From NCBI GenBank assembly GCA_051294375.1, contig CM119270.1:15561845-15625844 (forward strand): a DNA stretch of 64,000 nucleotides, written 5' to 3'. The position numbers were made by a program, and so were the translations under genes. This DNA is from Paraspadella gotoi (lineage: Eukaryota; Animalia; Chaetognatha). Shown piece by piece: positions 22,751-36,500 of the stretch (position 1 is its first letter; every line of letters starts with the position of its first letter). A model generated the notes under the pieces. The model made no database searches. It saw only the letters and a list, made by a program, of their open reading frames with translations, and was not told where the DNA came from.

Positions 22751-25204
22751 TTCTCACCAAAGGACCCGATAGCTGCCTGCATCCACGAGTAAAAGCTGAG
22801 TTGCGACCAAACGGCCGCCGCTTTCGTCGCCCACCAAGTCAGGCGTGAGCGCGTCGTAGGGAACAAAGGATGGCACCCAGAAGTTGCGGGGTCCTGGGGA
22901 GTGGAAATAGGAGGTGGAAACGAGGGTGGAAAGAGATGGTGGCATTTAGCATGGAAAATTTTGTTTGAAATTTAATTAAGACACAAACGAATATTCTTTC
23001 AAGACAAAACGTCTCGTCGAAAACGGAGAGAATTAATTTTCGGACGGAAGGAAAAAATGGAAATGTACCGGAATGGAAAAGAGGGAAATTAATTCTGGGG
23101 TAAGAAATGAAAAACGAGAGAAAGAGTAAACGGGGGGAAAGTGGAGAAAATTGAGTGTGAAAGATGTGGCTTAAAGGTCGAACGAGATGACTATAAATGG
23201 TTCCAGATCTGATGGTGAAAACGTGATGTTAGTGAATGTTTTGGATTGAGTTGCCCTCAGCAGAAATGTCCTCAGACGTCGTTAGAACAATTTCATTGAG
23301 AATATGAAAAAATCCTAACTAGGGTAACGATAGGACTGCCAGATACCTGCGGGCCACACTGCCTGATTTTCTAAAAAGAGCTCCAGGTTACCGCCTGTGC
23401 TCCTTCCTCTCCCTGCCTATCTCATACACACTGCCTGATTTTCTAAAACGACCACCAGGTTAACGCCCTGCTCCTTCCTCTCCTGCCTATCTCATACACA
23501 CTGCCTGATTTTCTAAAAAGACCTCCAGGTTAACGCCCTGCTCCTTCCTCTCCCTGCCTATCTCATACACACTGCCTGATTTTCTAAAAAGACCTCCAGG
23601 TTAACGCCCTGCTCCTTCCTCTCCCTGCCTATCTCATACACACTGCCTGATTTTCTAAAAGGACACCAGGTTAACGCCCTGCTCCTTCCTCTCCCTGCCT
23701 ATCTCATACACACTGCCTGATTTTCTAAAAAGACCTCCAGGTTAACGTCCCTGCTCCTTCCTCTCCCTGCCCTATCTCATACACACTGCCTGATTTCTAA
23801 AAAGACCTCCAGGTTAACGTCCTGCTCCTTCCTCTCCCTGCCTATCTCATACACACTGCCTGATTTTCTAAAAACGACCACCAGGTTAACGCCCTGCTCC
23901 TTCCTCTCCCTGCCTATCTCATACACACTGCCTGATTTTCTAAAAAGACCTCCAGGTTAACGCCCTGCTCCTTCCTCTCCCTGCCTATCTCATACACACT
24001 GCCTGATTTTCTAAAAAGACCTCCAGGTTAACGCCCTGCTCCTTCCTCTCCCTGCCTATCTCATACACACTGCCTGATTTTCTAAAAGGACCACCAGGTT
24101 AACGCCCTGCTCCTTCCTCTCCCGTGCCTATCTCATACACACTGCCTGATTTTCTAAAAAGACCTCCAGGTTAACGCCCTGCTCCTTCCTCTCCCTGCCT
24201 ATCTCATACACACTGCCTGATTTTCTAAAAAGACCTCCAGGTTAACGCCCTGCTCTTTCCCCTCCTGCCTATCTCATACACACTGCCTGATTTTCTAAAA
24301 GGACCTCCAGGTTAACGTCCTGCTCCTTCCTCTCCCTGCCTATCTCATACACACTGCCTGATTTTCTAAAAGGACCACCAGGTTAACGCCCTGACCTCCT
24401 TCCTCTCCCTGCCTATCTCATACACACTGCCTGATTTCTAAAAAGACCTCCAGGTTAACGCCCTGCTCCTTCCCCTCCCTGCCTATCTCATACACACTGC
24501 CTGATTTTCTAAAAAGACCTCCAGGTTAATGCCCTGCTCCTTCCTCTCCCTGCCTATCTCATACGCACTGCCTGATTTTCTAAAAGGACCACCAGGTTAA
24601 CGCCCTGCTCCTTCCTCTCCCTGCCTATCTCATACACACTGCCTGATTTTTCTAAAAAGACCTCCAGGTTAACGCCCTGCTCCTTCCTCTCCCTGACCTA
24701 TCTCATACACACTGCCTTGATTTCTAAAAAGACCTCCAGGTTAACGCCCTGCTCTTTCCCCTCCCTGCCTATCTCATACACACTGCCTGATTTTCTAAAA
24801 AGACCTCCAGGTTAACGTCCTGCTCCTTCCTCTCCCTGCCTATCTCATACACACTGCCTGATTTTCTAAAAGGACCACCAGGTTAAACGCCCTGCTCCTT
24901 TCCTCTCCCTGCCTATCTCATTCACCACTGCCTGATTTTCTAAAAAGACCCTCCAGGTTAACGCCCTGCTCTTTCCCCTCCCTGCCTATCTCATATAGGG
25001 GGGCGGACCCCAAGTGATTGCCTCTTGTCGATATTAGGTTTAAACCGGTCACCTTACAATCCCTCACCTGCGCTGTAGTATTTGCTCTCCACGATACAAG
25101 TTCCCTGAAAGTCGTACTCCTCGAATTTACGATAAACGTTGAGCGAAATCAGTTTGTTCATCACGTGAGGTTCAAGCCGTCCGAAGAAGATGCCCGTCTG
25201 AGAG

Positions 25205-25236
<32 letters not shown>

Positions 25237-28200
25237 AGAGAGAGAGAGAGAAATGCGAAAGAGAGAAGAGACGGAGAGAGAGAGGAGAGTTAATGATGCA
25301 CATACCTAGTTCATTTAAAACGACGAATAACTTTTATTTAAAAAAAACTTCACGAAACAAAAACAGTGTGAACGTTCAGCGTCCACAACAGGTAAGTTTC
25401 GGGTCTTTTGCCGCATTGACTTTCTTCAATGAACGCACTTTCGGATGATCACGTGACTGCAACAAGTTTGAAAAAAAATGTTGCTGTATGACCTCAGTCA
25501 TGAGCATTTAAAAACGTAGGACGGACCGATTAGCAGATGGACAGACACTTGGACGGACCGACCGACGGAGAATTAACTCACCCTCTCCGCCGGTTGATTG
25601 GAAGTGACGACGAAGGCCCCCTCGTCGAGGAGGTAGCAGAGAGTGTGGTCGTCGTCTTCGCAGCTGAGGAGATCCTTGGCCGTCCGCTTCACCATCGCCT
25701 CGCGAAGGTAAGAGTTGGCCAAGTGGATTCCGGCCACTGAAGCGAGGGGAAAAGAGAGTTGAGATTCCGTTGGGGAAAGTGGTCGGCTACTTTTATTTTA
25801 TTTAACTTACTTGAGCCTATGGATCTTGACTCTTCTCATATGTAAACTTGCGTTTTATATTTCTTGACTGAATTCGCCAATTCTCAAATTTTAAACACGC
25901 CGTCTCGGAGTATTTTGTCAAACTTACCCTCTATTCTTTTTAAAAAAACTAACCCGCGGGTCTGTACTCGTTCTGGAGGACGACGGCTCGGGCGACCATG
26001 ATGGAAGGGTCGCTCTCGTTGGCCTTGTTCTCCTCCGGCATGAAGATCCAAGAGTTGGGCGTGTCAATCGCCCGCTGGAAATAGACCTCTTGCCAAGTGT
26101 CCTGAGTCGGTGATGGGAAGCGATTTAACAATTTAAAGATTAAATGTAAGTTTGTTCCAGTGATAAAATATGGTCCCAGCATCACTCTTATAATTTTTAA
26201 ATCTAATTAAGTGAATCTAAAATTGAAACTATCAATATTCTAAAGTCACAGCTTCACAAGTTGATAATAAATTCACGCGCAAATGTACTCACGGTCATGT
26301 TGTCCATAGAGAGATCCTCCGCGGGGAAAATCCGAGTGACGCCTCCAACGGTGGAGACGAACGAATTGATGATTCCCTCTCTGAATAAGTCAATGTTGAA
26401 TAAATTATTAAATAATAAATAATTAATTACGTTTCTAAATAATAACGTCTAATAACTCTAAAGGACAAACGCAACATCGACGTACGATGAATGATTAAAA
26501 TGATAAATGATAAATAAATAATAATAAAGTAATAAAAAGTTGTAATATTCTTTTTTTCAATTAATCTCACTCAATATTTTGGACGATCTTACTCCCCTTT
26601 TCATATTCCAACAATGAAAAAAGATTCTCCATCATCTTCAGCTTTCAAGTCCCCGCCACTTAATTATTTCTCCTTCCGTAATCCATCACTATTAATGTCT
26701 TATCACTTGTCAAAGAATCTCGCGACAATATGAAGAAATTATCACCGCGCCTCCCTCCGACCCACCTACTCTGTCGTCACTCTTTCTCAAGTGGGCTAAT
26801 CTTAAAACCAGTTTCCTCGCGGTTAATTTCCTTCCCCCTTTCCTTTTTTTCTCTGGCTCACTGGGTCGATTTTTCACCCCCACACCCCACTAACCCTCCC
26901 CCACCCTACCCCTACCCCAAACTCACTTCTCTCCGCCCCACTTGTCCGTCACAGCCCTGGTCATGTCCGCGTCGTAGAGCAGGTGCTGCACCAACGGCGT
27001 GTTGCATCCGCTCTTGATGGCGAGGATGAGGTCGTCCTCCGCATCGTCCGTCGTTGTCGAGGGGAGCGCAGAATTCCCTGGAGGGGGCGGTGGGGGGACG
27101 GGGTATTTCGGAATAGAAGAAATGAAGAAGAAATTGTATCAGCCGTCGGGACATCGGTGAAATTAAATAGATAAAGATTCTTCACCAAGTGTTTACACAT
27201 TTGACGACAAATAGCATGGATAAATAGATATTTCTCAAACTGTATCAAACTTTAAAGATATTTATAACAATACTGCGTAAGATTAACAAAAAACATTTTC
27301 CAATCTTTAAACAACTTGAAAATTTTGTAATTTTTTGTAGTAGTTGCTCAAAAGAACTGATGATATGAAGTTCAAAATATTCTGGGCCGACTTACCGGCA
27401 TTACGTTACACGAAATCAACCGATATGACATTAAACCCCCGCCAAGAATCGATATTATGATAAAACTCAAAACGCCGACGATCAAGATTATTGACATGAT
27501 ACGACATGACCCGACATGCCATTCGTCCTTTCCTCACCACGGCGCCATGATGATCCTCGAGATGCCGCTGATCATGATATCGTCCTCGAGCTTCTCCAGG
27601 GCGGCCATTGGGTCCTTGCCCGAAACCTTGAGCACCTTCTTCGCCGAGTGGGGGATGGAGATGCCGAGAGACAGGGGCGTGCCCTTGATCGGCGCGTAGT
27701 AGTAAGTGCGGAGGCCGCACTCGATGTGTTTCTGTCAGGTTGAGGGGGGAAGAGGGGAAGCGAGGAAAGCTTGTGGATGCTTGCCCGATCGACAGTGTGA
27801 GATGACTCCCATTAAATTTCTCTCACACGGTACAATTTCTTTCAATTATGGTGGACTAAAATCCACCAACCGTTCATCAGCGGCCATTGGTGCCGGAAGC
27901 AAATCATTCGCCTCCCAACCCAAAAGATCCGGGTTTCTGGCCAGTTGGTCGCCTAGTAGTTAAGGGGGACGGGGCGCTTAACCCGCCTGTAACATGGTGT
28001 TACAGCCTGATCCGAAGCTAAGGGACTGCTTATATTGAACAGTTCTGTCACTAACACATAACAATAATTACTGTCTCTTCACAATACATTTAACAGATTT
28101 TCCTTGTAACATAAATTCTGTAAAGATCACAGAGCAGGTAACAGGTGAGGTTGTAAATATTTCACTTGAAAGTTGAAGGATTCAGATTTAAAATAATCAC

Positions 28201-31200
28201 TAATTTTTAAAATATCGACTGATAAACATCGTACGATTTGTGGTTTTTTAAACCTGATTGTGTTAAAAATTTATCAATTTGAAGATTAGAATGACATTAT
28301 AAAAAAAACTGAAGAGGCAGAATACAAACACTATTAAAAAAAATTAAAAAATGAAAAAAATTATTTTTCATACTAATTACTGCAATATGCAAATGAGATG
28401 GAAGGCTTCTAAATTTAACGTTTCGTGACTGTTATCTCTGTTGGTGCTGTTGCTTAATTTCTTTCACTTACGTCGTCCATCGATTTGGTGCAGGTCCTGA
28501 TGGTTTTGCTTCCCGTCTTTCCGTCAACCATGTCGTCACGGATCTGAGTTGCAACATCGTTAATTGTGTTTAAAGGAATTCGATCGCTTCGGGTGCGATC
28601 AAGTCAGATCGAACTCTTGCTCTCGTTCCATTGCAAAGTGAAATTAATTACAACTTTTAAAAAATTAATTTCCTTAGCCCTGGACAAATCCTCATCTTCG
28701 ATTTAGATTTGTCACTTTTTTTTCAGTGGACCCTTTTAAATTCTCGAGAAGCCAATCCCACATGACTTACCTTTTCCATCTGTTTGTTCTCATATTCTAC
28801 GTCCAAGAGATCAACGTTGGGCGGATCTTTTAGATATCCCATCTGATTAATGAAAAAGGATACAGTTTAAAGTCATCATTGCTCTTCGAATATTTTTTTG
28901 CAATTGCAATAGTATCTATGAAATTGGTACAACCAATATAAAAAAAATTTTAATTAATTAATTAAGTAAAAATAAATATTTTTTTTAATTTTCCTACGTA
29001 CAAAGTGATAATGAAATCTGATCAGTCAGTATCTTCAAAATCTCCAACTCCCCGTACAAACCTCCGTCCGCAATCTCGGGTGAAAGATAACGAGTCCATT
29101 ATTGTTGATGGCGAATGTATAACCGCTGGGTCCCAACTGAAGGAAATTAAACCAAAAAAAAAAGTTCATTCATAAATAATGCTAAAATAAAGTTTTTTTC
29201 GCTTTGATTTTGTTAAGTCTAATTTTTTTTTCTATGATTGTAACCAAAAAAAAAAAAGACCGACAACTACGGTTATTTCTTTTAGCAAGAAGCACCCGGC
29301 ATCCGTGCTTGTTTAAAATCTAGCTATATTATATACTTTTTTTAAAAAGGAAATTTCAGTCCCCAAGCTCACGTTCTAAAACCCTCCCTACGCTCGGCTT
29401 TACGAACCCATGTCGCTCTGAAATGACGTTGATGTCGAAAGACCTACCGCGCAAAAGTGTGCAAAGTGTGCAAAGGAGGTTCAAGATTTCCCACTAGAGG
29501 ATTCAGAATCACCACCCCGGCGATGGGTAAGTTCATCCTCACCTTTTGCGAAGGCGCTCGCTTTTGCAATTCCTCCGTTCTCACGTCGAGACCCATCACG
29601 CCCAAAATTTGGGAGGAATTCATCTCTAATTTTACCTGCGGGGGTGCGGGGTGAAGGGAGGAAGAAGGGAGGAAAGAGAGGAAGGAGGGAGGAAAGGGGT
29701 GAGAGAAAATGAACAGAAAGAAACAAAGGAAAAAGTGGAAAAAAAGGGGAATAAAGGTGAAAAAAAAGGGGATGTGATGGGAAAAAAATAGAGAGAACGG
29801 CGAGAGAAAGACAAGGTAAAAAAAAAGAAAGTAAAAGAAAAAAATGGAAAGGGAGAAAAAACGTTTACGTCGTTTGGCTAATTACGTTTCCGTTCTACCG
29901 TCCGTCTTTCCTTTTAGAAGGCTTTTGTTTCCCTGTTTTCAACCTTGGAAAAATAGTTTATTTCATTCTCCGACAGGTTTTTCTTGTTACAGTTCTTTGC
30001 CTCCTTCGTTTTATGCAAAATGTTTTTTTTTCTTATGCGTCAATCTTTAATACTCTTTTTCTACTTGAGACATTTATTTTTTTCCCGTTCTTTTTCTCAT
30101 ATATATTCTCTTAGTTTTTATTCCTTTTCCGTTTGTATTTCTTTTTGACCGTTTTTTTTTTTCAATAACTCACATTTTTATACTTTTTTCCCCGTAATTC
30201 ATCTTTACATCCACAAGGATCCTTTGTTCTCTCCCTTTACTTCTCTCTTTTTCTTTCTTTTTCATTCTGTTCTTGCTCTTTTCTTTCTAACAAATTCACA
30301 TATTTTTTTTTTTCACTAATTTTTTTTCCTGTCCCTTTATCTTTTCTCTCCTTTTTATCCTTCCTTCCCTTTCCTCCTCCCTTTCTCCCGCCCGTCCCCC
30401 CCCCCTCCGCCCCCCCCCCTCCGCCACTCACGTTTCCGTCGTCGTCCACCTCTTTCCTGGCTGACCGAAAAACCGGGATGGTGGCGGTGATCACCATCCC
30501 GTTCCCTTGGAGACGACGAGAAACAAAAGGGGAAAGAAAAAAGATAGGGGGACCACGAGAATGGAGGCGAAAAAGGAGGAGGTGATCGATCACCGATAAA
30601 GGAGGGAAAATGAATCACCGCCGAAGTGAAGGGGGGGAAGAATAAATCACCGCCGTGTTGTGAAGGGGTTGGAACGAATCACCGAAGGGGAAAGGGAGAT
30701 GAACCATCGAAGGGGAAAAAAGAAAGATGAATCACCGTGAGGGATGCGGGTGAATCGCCGTGCGAGGGGGAAAAAAGAGAGAGAGAAGAGAGGTAAGTGT
30801 TCACGGTTAGTTTTTCATCGTGCTTTCTTTTTTCTCACCGTGCTGCGCGCAGCGGCAGCGAACGGACGGGTAAGAAAATTTAACGGCGCGACAACTTTTT
30901 TTGGGGGGCGCAAGTACTAATTCCGGATTTAGCGAGTTTTTTTGGTTAAAAGCGTTAAATCGACCGTTCGGGAGAAGCGAGGAATTACGAGCGTTTTTTT
31001 AGCGGTCGTTAATTCCGGATTTGGCCGCTTGGGTCGCGAGAAAACGAAAAGGGAAGAAACGAAGCCGGGGGAAATCAAGTCGCTCAAAAAAAAAAACAAC
31101 AACAACAAAAAAAAAACAAATTTCAAGCTTCGTTTCTTCCTTTTTCGTCGAAACCATCATTAATTCGAAAAAGTACGATAAGGGATTGTCGAGACAAAGT

Positions 31201-33517
31201 ACGAAAAGGAAAAAGTTACGAATATAAGTTCGAAAGTCTAAAAAATGTTTTTTAGTTTTCAAAACTGTTAATAAAATAAAAGAACTACTGGACGAATTGG
31301 AGATTCTTTCTCGTTGTCTACTTACATTTTTTTATAAAGAGAGAGAAAAAAAAACTACTTTACACGAGCCTAATTTAAAGAGATCGTTACCATTAAACTC
31401 TGATAGGCCGAAATCCACTTAATCTTGGTGTTCTTGGCTAGAGCCAAGGGCCGTTCCAAAACACGATGATAAGCCTAATCGTATATCGTTAAAGCAAAGA
31501 AAAAAAACGGAAAANNNNNNNNNNCACATAAAGATTTTAATTACACCTTACTCGTTTAAATAGATGTATGCGTATACATTATACATGAAAGTGTGCTTAA
31601 TTTATATGGAATATATGAGTGGAACCAACATAGAACATCTTTCATATTGAGAGTCGTCGATTAAATTAGTTTTTCTCAAGCTAATCTGCTTAAATCTCAC
31701 ATGCTCGATGCAAATATTGCTTATTAATCGGTTATGGATACTTCAAATCTGGTAGTCTCACAAGATGCTGCTCCACGATGGAACGAGATTTTTCGTTTTG
31801 TCCGTGAAATGTTTGCATTGTTAGATAGATTACGCTAAATATCTCGTGCCATGGTGAATCTAAATCGGTAGGGGGGAGAAAACCTCACCACTTGAGGGGC
31901 ATCTACATATGAAGATGTCCAGTGAATTTGCTCTTGTTGGTTAAGAGCGAAAGGCCTCGANNNNNNNNNNNNNNNNNNNNNNNNNNNNNNNNNNNNNNNN
32001 NNNNNNNNNNNNNNNNNNNNNNNNNNNNNNNNNNNNNNNNNNNNNNNNNNNNNNNNNNNNNNNNNNNNNNNNNNNNNNNNNNNNNNNNNNNNNNNNNNNN
32101 NNNNNNNNNNNNNNNNNNNNNNNNNNNNNNNNNNNNNNNNNNNNNNNNNNNNNNNNNNNNNNNNNGAAGGAGAGGTTTAAAGATATGTCCCAAAAACTAG
32201 ATCAGTGACATATCTAGTTTTTTAAAAGCATATGTCTTAAATTTTCAAGGTAAGATCGGTGGCTACATTCCCGACCTGAACTTTGGTGTTGATGGCGCCC
32301 ATGGCGGGAATCGGTGAGAAATAGCCTTTGTTCTCACAGGCCATCCTTTTTACGGTGGCGGTGGCGGTGGCCGCCACTCCAACCGCGTAGGTGAAAACGC
32401 GAACCTGAAAAAGTGAAAATTGAATGTCACAGTCAATATTAGGAAGGAAACGAAACTTCTTCAATGTTCACCTCTGAATTACATAGGATTTTATTTTTGA
32501 ATTAAATAGACATTGTGTTTTCTGTTTCAATTCGTTGCGTTTGATATTAGAACCGTAAAAATTTTAATTGTATACAAACAACGAATTTCATTTTTATCTT
32601 TAAAATTAGTTAAATTAGTGTAGTCGAAAATATTGGGTTTTTTCGCTATCATTTTCAAAATTTTTTTCACCTGTTTGTTTTGATTTCGAGTCTTAAAAAC
32701 TTCTTCGGGATATTGAGTTGATCCGTCGGTGAGAACCATAATCATTTCCGTGCAATTTGATCCGATGTGTTTAATTTTTCGAAACTAAAAATAAGAAATA
32801 TAAAATTGACTTTGTAAAATAGTTATGAGGTGCTATCATTTTTTTGAGATAAAGTATAGACAATGACTCCACGACGGACAAATAAATCTGATGAAAATAT
32901 AGAAAATTAAATATCTCCCTCCTTTCTCTCTGTTTCTTACTGAATACTGATTAATTATTATAATTTTATAATCTCTTTAATCTATTTGTGACCAACGAAT
33001 TTAAATTCCATCAGCATAAAGCAGTCTTCAAATTGTTTTCAATTTGAATTAACTAACTCTCAAGACGACACCCGGGACCTTAAAGTACTTCAATTTTTGT
33101 TAATTTTAGGTAAAATTTAGAACTGGTTTGCAGCCACTTATCGCTCCCTGACTCACCGAATATGTTGGATTATTTAATTCCGTAGGTAAATGTTTTTTGA
33201 GAATCAAGATCACAAATCGAAAGCAACCAGAGCCCCACCTTTTCGAATTGGTCAAAGGCCCAGCAGAATGCCTCGTTGAAGTCCGCCATTCCGTGGGCGG
33301 TCAGCCTGTCGACGGCTTCGAAAAGGATCTTCTTGTTGCGGTTGTTCGCCTGGACGAACGTGTTGAACACGACACTCGTACGTGTCTAGAGTAGAGGAAG
33401 GGGCGGGGAGGAGAGGGTGGCGTTTCGAAAGATGGAAGAGGAAGGGGGGTTTAGTTTTTTGGAGGGATAGAGGAATGAACGTTGGGGGAGAGAACGGTTT
33501 GAAGATCGCGCGGGATG

Positions 33518-33574
<57 letters not shown>

Positions 33575-36500
33575 ATGAACCGGCAAACGGACGGACTGAC
33601 TGACGGAAAAAAGCATGGAATTAAAACGTTTCGTGCAGGAGTGACTCTACATAATTTCACTAATGAAAAAAAAAGAAGGGTAAAGGGAATTTTGGGATGC
33701 AGCCTAATGCCACTTCTTTCTTTTTTTTCTCTCTCTTTCTTTCGAGTTTCATCTTCTAATTTCATGAAGTTTGATTGTTGGTTGCTCAATCAAGGCCGTG
33801 GAAGGAGGTAAAGTCGGAAAATAGTTTTTAACACATTGCAAAGCATACCTTGGCTCGAACATGATTACTGAAAAGCATGGAAAGCTAGATACGAAGCGAT
33901 TGAGGAGTCTGGGTTCCCCCATGGACGATGTATCGAGTTAATGAACAGAAAGAAACAAGAATGGAATAAAACATTTAACATGGATCGGGATTGGAACGGT
34001 GGCTAAAATTATTTTGATTCAGGCTTTTTTGTTCGGTGTTTTCTTAATAGCTTCGGGATAATGTTGATCACAAGAGATGGAAACGATCGAAACGCTATTT
34101 ATTAGTTCTTTTAAGTCCAAAATTATTTTTAAAAAAAATACATATGAAATACTAGAAAAACATCTGTAGTAATGGGACCAAGCAAAAGAAAATAAAAATA
34201 AGTTTCCTAAGTTAAACCTAATTACAAAACTTCAAAATTCAAGAAACCCTAACCATCCGACAAAGAGTGGGATATTCCGAGTGTAATTTTATAGCGTAAT
34301 TAATTCTTTTGTACTCTCCTTTGGTCAGTTATATTCAATTGGCATCAACTCCCTACAACTAGTAAGAGTCCGCAATAAATCGTACTACAAACGCCCGATC
34401 GAAACATGAATTATGAAAAAAGCTATATAACTTATGAGTTAAATTAAAATCAATATGATGAAAAACTATAAAAACTAACGCGTGTTGCAGTGGCCCATAA
34501 AATATTTGGGCCTCATGCATTTGTAAACTCGTAGTGATTTCAAGGATCAAAAATTGACTGGTAGTGGGAAGCATTCGTCTTTAGAATTAAGGTAACTTAT
34601 TTAAGTGATTTCATTTATCGTAGACTGCGCGACTTTCAGCAGATCTTATATGTCATGTTATCATTGCTATTGAGCAAACGTTTCCGCATATATTTATTTT
34701 GCATCCACGGGCTTAAAATAGTTATTTCGCGCAATCGACGCTGATATATAGTTGCGAGGTTCCAAAGGTAAAAAAAAAAAAACTAAAGCATTTATTTTTG
34801 TATCCTTAGTGAAAATCTTAACGTGACGTGAAAGTTGAAAGGGGGGAAAAACTATTTTAATGTCTCGAGTAGTTTAGTGTCTGGCATCCATTTTAATTTT
34901 TAACCATTGCATTTGATCGTAATCATTGTAACGTTCACGATGTTCATTTGAAGAACAAAAAAAGGTTTGTTTTTTTTCTCGTTACGGAACAATTATTTGA
35001 ATTGAAGGAAAATAAATGAAAAATGAACATCTAGCACTTCAACAAAGGTATATATATATTCGTAGGGTGTCTACACGAATTTTTTTTTTTTTTTTTTTAA
35101 TTTGGAAATTTTGATAACATTCATTGTCCTACTACTATAGGAGAGGTAATCGTGATGAATCTATTTTCTAGAATTATGACTAAAAGAGTATACCTTGATA
35201 CTTTTTGTATTCATGAGGTTTCTTGCAAGTTTCTTGAGTAGAATATTGATCTAGAAATTAAAAAGTTAAAATTATTACTCCCGCTTTACCAGCGTTTGAA
35301 CTTTTAAAAAAAATGTAGTAAACCTTTGTTGTTGTTGTTTTGCATTTAAACTGTTAATTTATTTTTGTTTCATATTTGAAGTACGTAAATAAAATTGGTG
35401 TTTAAAATTAAACTATCCTTCGTAAGAATTACGAATACGAGCTTTAAAAAATACGAAGCCGTCAAAGTCAATAAATCTTCACAAGTATATTTTTTTAAAT
35501 GAAGCAGGAGAGCGAAGGAAATCACAGCAAAAAAAAAAAAAAATAGATATTGAGCGAAAAAAAATGAAAGATCCGTTATATGTGTAGCAAATCAAATAGA
35601 ATTGAATACGATAATTAAAAAAAAAGAGGCATATTATTTATCATTTTCAAGAGTCATTCTCACCACGTATATAATAAATATTTCAAATATATATAAATAT
35701 TACGAAACAGAGAAAATTCGAACTTGGAAAAGAAGGAGTTGACAAATTCTTTAAAGGAAAGGGTTGAGGGGGGCGTGGGAATAAGGGAGGAAGAGGAGGA
35801 GGAGGAGAAAGAAGAGCGAGAGGTCCTTACCAGTGATGTTCTCGTCCTCGAGTTTGACGGGAAATGCGCGAGAAGCACGAAAGTCGTTTTCGCCCAAAGT
35901 GTCGATGAGGGTCTTCGTCGCGATGCGCATCAGCTCCAGCGCCTGGCCGTGGCTGCTGCCGCTCCTGACGCGGGGCGGGAGGAGAAAGGCGAGAAGAGAG
36001 TAAATATACTAACAACGATTAAATAAGTATGAGTATAGTTATAGTATATACTATATATAATATATATATATAGTTTCACGTCTTCGATGAATTTTTTTTA
36101 AATTCAAGAAATCAATCAATCAATGAATCCCTAAATCATTCCCTCAATAAATAAATACATCATTCATTCCATTGATCTGTCAGTCAATCAATCTATTTAG
36201 GAATAAAATCAAACAATAAATAAGTCATTCTATCAATGAAATTCTCCCAATCAATCGCTCAATCGTTTTCCTCACGTGTCTACGAGGATGAGCATGTCTT
36301 TGGGGGAAGAGGAGCCTTGCGTGTACCAAGGGCGACGTCGGCAGTCGTAGAGATCCACGTCGCCCATAGGGAAAGTCCACGCCGAAGCTAAGACAGAAAG
36401 GAGACACAAATTTCTGTTTTCTTTTCTTTTTTTTTCTTCTTTCTACTTTTCTTTTCTTTTCTTTCTCTACTTTCGTTTCTTTTTCTTTCTTTTTCTTTTC

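Noticed and set aside
23355-24995. CRISPR-like array
   Set aside because: Units are contiguous near-identical 71-mers with no unique spacers, there are no cas genes, and the context is a eukaryotic intron. It is a minisatellite.
29372-29443. Possible extra alpha2-delta exon (GGTAG...GTGAGC)
   Set aside because: The flanking exons already join in frame to give the conserved ...APSQK|[10 protein letters not shown], and this segment resembles nothing in the family.
30590-30765. Degenerate GAATCACCG repeats upstream of alpha2-delta exon 13
   Set aside because: Irregular purine-rich spacing and no discernible structure; treated as a decayed minisatellite.
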